NCBI GenBank assembly: GCA_040756075.1
Contig: JBFLZX010000006.1
Coordinates: 1-45,169 of the forward strand
Direction: 5' to 3'
DNA from: Patescibacteria group bacterium
GTDB lineage: Bacteria > Patescibacteriota > JABMPQ01 > JBFLZX01
DNA length: 45,169 nucleotides
Numbering within the stretch: position 1 is the stretch's first letter; every line of letters starts with the position of its first letter. The notes under the pieces were generated by a model. That model was not told the origin of the DNA. It worked only from the letters and a program-made list of their open reading frames with translations, and searched no databases. This document shows positions 42,506 through 45,169 of the stretch, piece after piece. Both the position numbers and the translations under genes were made by a program.

Positions 42506-44941
42506 TTAGATAATCCTTTTCACCCGCAAAGACTTTTGCAAAAATTTTCCGAATTTTTCTTTTATTTTTTTATCAGAAACTTTAAAAGATTCAATTTCCT
42601 TGCCCAAGGAAATTCCTTTTTCGGTTTTACATTTTCTAATGGCGTCTGCCGCGGCTAAAACCTTACTAAATTCCACTTTTTCTTTCTCTGGCCAAAAAAA
42701 ACCTTTGTCAACTTTTGGCCAAAGTGTTAAGTGAATACTTTTAACTTTTTCTATTTTTTTAAAATACAATTGATAAATTTCTTCAGTGATAAACGGCAAA
42801 ATTGGGGCGTATAATTTTAAAATAGTCAATAAAACTAAATATAAAGTATTTTTTGCTGAATCTAAATTTTGGGATGCCTGAAAGCCGGGGGATTCTTCAG
42901 CCCCGATAAATCGGGGCTTCAGAATGACGGCTCTTGAAGAATCCGTATACAGCCGGTATTTTACAAACTCCAAATAACGGTCGCAAAAATCATGCCAAAA
43001 AAAATCTTCAATTATTCTTCTGGCTTTGGAATATTCGTAATTTTCAAAAAATTTCGTCGCTGCACCAATCGTTTTTTGCAATCCGTCTAAAATCCAGCGA
43101 TCGCAAAAATCTTTTGGCGTAAAATTTTTAGCCGGGGTGAAATTTCGCAAGTGTAAAAAACAAAAACGGCTGGCATTCCAAATTTTTACCACTAGCCGCT
43201 TGCCTTTTTTTATTTCTTCTGGGCTAAAACGCATATTTTCTCCGAGCGTTGCGCCGGTTGCCCAATACCGAATGGCATCAGCGCCGCATTCAGACAATAT
43301 TTTCTGCGGCTCAATGTAATTTTTTAATCTTTTAGAAATTTTTCTTCCTTTCTCATCCAAACCATGGCCAGAAATCATCACATCAAAAAAAGGCAAAGAA
43401 TTATGATGATAAAGGGATTTAACAACGGTATAAAAAAGCCAAGTGCGAATAATTTCAAAGGCTTGCGGCCGCAAAGTTGCAGGGTATAATTTTTTTTGCA
43501 TTTTATCATTTTTAACTAGCCGTGCGCCGATGAGAGGAGTCATTGAAGAAGTCATCCAAGTATCCATAGCATCTTTTTCGCCAACAAATTCTTTACTGCC
43601 GCACTTCGGACATTTTTTAATTTTTGGCTCTTCCTCGCGCGGATCAACTGGCAAATCTTCTTCTTCTTTTGGCAAAATCGCTTTTTGACATTTTTTGCAA
43701 TACCAAACCGGGAAAGGAACGCCGTAATATCTTTGCCGAGAAATGCACCAATCCCACGCCAAAGTCTTGACCCAGTCATTATATCTGCTTCTCATATGAT
43801 CAGGAAACCAGCGCAACTTTCTGCCCCGCGCTAAAAACTTTTCTTTATTTTCCAAAAGAGAAATAAACCACTGGCGAGTTAAAACAAACTCTGCTGGCGT
43901 CCCGCATCTTTCATGAATATTTAATGTATGGGTAATTTTTTCTTGTTTTTTTAGCTTTCCAATTTTTTTAAAATCGCTAAGAATATTTTCACGAGCTTTT
44001 TGGATATTCTGGCCTTGATATTTTTTGGCTAAAGAAGAAAGTGTTCCTTTTGAGGTAATTGCTGGGCGATGCAATAAATCATATTTTTTCCATTTTTTAA
44101 TATCTTCAATATCGCCCCAGGTGCATACCATCATCAAACCTGTGCCAAAATCTTTATCCACTGAAAGATCAGATAATATAGGCACCTCATAATTAAAAAT
44201 TGGGACAATAGCTTTTTTATTTTTTAAATGTTGATATCGCGAGTCTTTTGGATGAAAAAACAAAGCAACACAAGCGGCTAGAAGTTCTGGCCTTGTTGTG
44301 GCAACAAAATATGGTTTTCCTTCTATCTGAAATTCTATTTCTGAAATTAAACCTTCTTCTTCTTTATCTTCTAAATCTGCTTGAGCAAGCGCTGTTTGAC
44401 ATTTAGGACACCAATGAATTGGTTCTTCTCGTCGCACTAACTTTCCTTTTTTATATAAATCTAAAAATGACCACTGAGAAATTTTCTGACAATGAGGATT
44501 AATAGTGCTATAAGTTTTTGACCAATCACAGGAAATACCAAGCGATGTCCATAATTTTTTATAATTTTGCGCGCCAAGCTTTGTCTCTAAAAGACACTTT
44601 TTAATAAATTCGGCACGTTCGATTTTTGACTTATCAAGGTTATATTTCTTTTCAACATATCTTTCTGTTGGCAAACCATTATCATCAAAACCCATCGGAT
44701 AAAAAACCGAAAACCCCTGCATTCTTTTAAATCTAACAACAAACTCTGCCTGAGAATAACTCATAATATGACCTAAATGCAAATGCTCAGCAGAAACATA
44801 GGGCGGCGGCGTATCCACGGAATAAATCGGTTTTTTACTTTTTTCATCAAATTTATAAATCTGCTCGCGCTCCCAGAACTTCTGCCAAAAAGCCTCGCGG
44901 CTTTTGTGATCGTAAGTCTTAGGAAAATTATTTTCTGCCAT
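42506..44941 (-). CDS. valS: Valine--tRNA ligase, archaeal-type (no C-terminal coiled coil)
   Basis: DTPPPYVS..HLHLGH, GFDDNGLPTE, ATTRPELL, GTGLMMVCTWGD, WDWCISRQRYYG, DTWMTSS, KISKR at the KMSKS position. Confidence 0.95.
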   Translation of the reverse strand: MAENNFPKTYDHKSREAFWQKFWEREQIYKFDEKSKKPIYSVDTPPPYVSAEHLHLGHIMSYSQAEFVVRFKRMQGFSVFYPMGFDDNGLPTERYVEKKYNLDKSKIERAEFIKKCLLETKLGAQNYKKLWTSLGISCDWSKTYSTINPHCQKISQWSFLDLYKKGKLVRREEPIHWCPKCQTALAQADLEDKEEEGLISEIEFQIEGKPYFVATTRPELLAACVALFFHPKDSRYQHLKNKKAIVPIFNYEVPILSDLSVDKDFGTGLMMVCTWGDIEDIKKWKKYDLLHRPAITSKGTLSSLAKKYQGQNIQKARENILSDFKKIGKLKKQEKITHTLNIHERCGTPAEFVLTRQWFISLLENKEKFLARGRKLRWFPDHMRSRYNDWVKTLAWDWCISRQRYYGVPFPVWYCKKCQKAILPKEEEDLPVDPREEEPKIKKCPKCGSKEFVGEKDAMDTWMTSSMTPLIGARLVKNDKMQKKLYPATLRPQAFEIIRTWLFYTVVKSLYHHNSLPFFDVMISGHGLDEKGRKISKRLKNYIEPQKILSECGADAIRYWATGATLGENMRFSPEEIKKGKRLVVKIWNASRFCFLHLRNFTPAKNFTPKDFCDRWILDGLQKTIGAATKFFENYEYSKARRIIEDFFWHDFCDRYLEFVKYRLYTDSSRAVILKPRFIGAEESPGFQASQNLDSAKNTLYLVLLTILKLYAPILPFITEEIYQLYFKKIEKVKSIHLTLWPKVDKGFFWPEKEKVEFSKVLAAADAIRKCKTEKGISLGKEIESFKVSDKKIKEKFGKFLQKSLRVKRII
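42890..42944 (-). repeat. REP-like half element read in-frame inside valS
   Basis: Minus strand GTCATTCTGAAG-CCCCGATTTATCGGGG-CTGAAGAATCC encodes VILKPRFIGAEES; preceded by the complementary GGATTCTTCA. Confidence 0.8.
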
Positions 44942-45081
44942 GTATTTTAAAACTACTTAATATTATAAAAACAAAACTTGAAATTAACATTTTCTTATTG
45001 AGATTTTCAAATGTATTTCAATTATAAGCAAAGCTTGAAATTGAACTTTCTTTAATTACCTTGAGTTACGAAATTCATCGT

Positions 45082-45141
45082 TGTCATTCCGAGTCCCGAT
45101 CTACCCCGATAACATCGGGGTTTATCGGGACGAGGAATCTC
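45082..45141 (+). repeat. REP-like left arm with doubly nested CCCGAT..ATCGGG palindromes; the right arm probably lies beyond the window
   Basis: TGTCATTCCGAG-TCCCGAT-cta-CCCCGAT-aac-ATCGGGG-ttt-ATCGGGA-CGAGGAATCTC. Confidence 0.85.
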
Positions 45142-45169
45142 TGGCGAATGCCAGATCTCAAACAAATTC

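Noticed and set aside
1196-43779. Numerous short ORFs antisense to or overlapping long genes (e.g. 2909-3274, 3407-3775, 5576-5935, 23639-23986, 33316-33636)
   Set aside because: Shadow frames of well-supported genes, with no recognisable motifs.
1-45169. Alternative genetic code (TGA=Gly) as in some CPR lineages
   Set aside because: Conserved genes such as miaB, gatC and porB end at TGA at the expected lengths, and long ORFs are uninterrupted in code 11.

Overview
AT-rich bacterial chromosomal window in standard code 11 (TGA is used as a stop, e.g. gatC and miaB). Gene content and repeat style suggest a Patescibacteria/CPR (Parcubacteria-like) genome; this is inference. Housekeeping genes: dnaE, thrS, miaB, a four-subunit pyruvate/2-oxoacid:ferredoxin oxidoreductase operon (porCDAB), gatA/gatC, archaeal-type valS, an HtrA protease, a PgsA-like transferase, YqeY and CapA. 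Accessory genes: three mosaic ~1000-1150 aa membrane-anchored paralogs with DUF4214-like C-termini interleaved with HEPN/MNT toxin-antitoxin genes, three DxDxDG-repeat membrane proteins, NHL/propeller surface proteins and an FG-GAP-thermonuclease fusion. The most unusual signals are non-coding. (1) Three four-helix-bundle (IVP/Avd-like) genes each sit between inverted arrays of degenerate 7-mers, and about 10 'empty' arrays of the same kind occupy gene junctions, many with a shared 7-7-7-4-7-7 grammar. (2) A PaaX/Cas2-like gene is followed immediately by two 37-bp palindromic direct repeats at the window edge. (3) Nested miniature elements include one filled/empty pair with a 4-bp target-site duplication. 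(4) REP-like palindromes and simple repeats are translated in-frame inside valS, dnaE, miaB, porB and the nuclease gene. (5) A double hairpin with perfectly complementary 7-nt loops lies in a predicted 5' leader. No rRNA, tRNA, transposase, reverse transcriptase or cas1 was recognised. All family assignments are from motif recognition by eye, not database searches.
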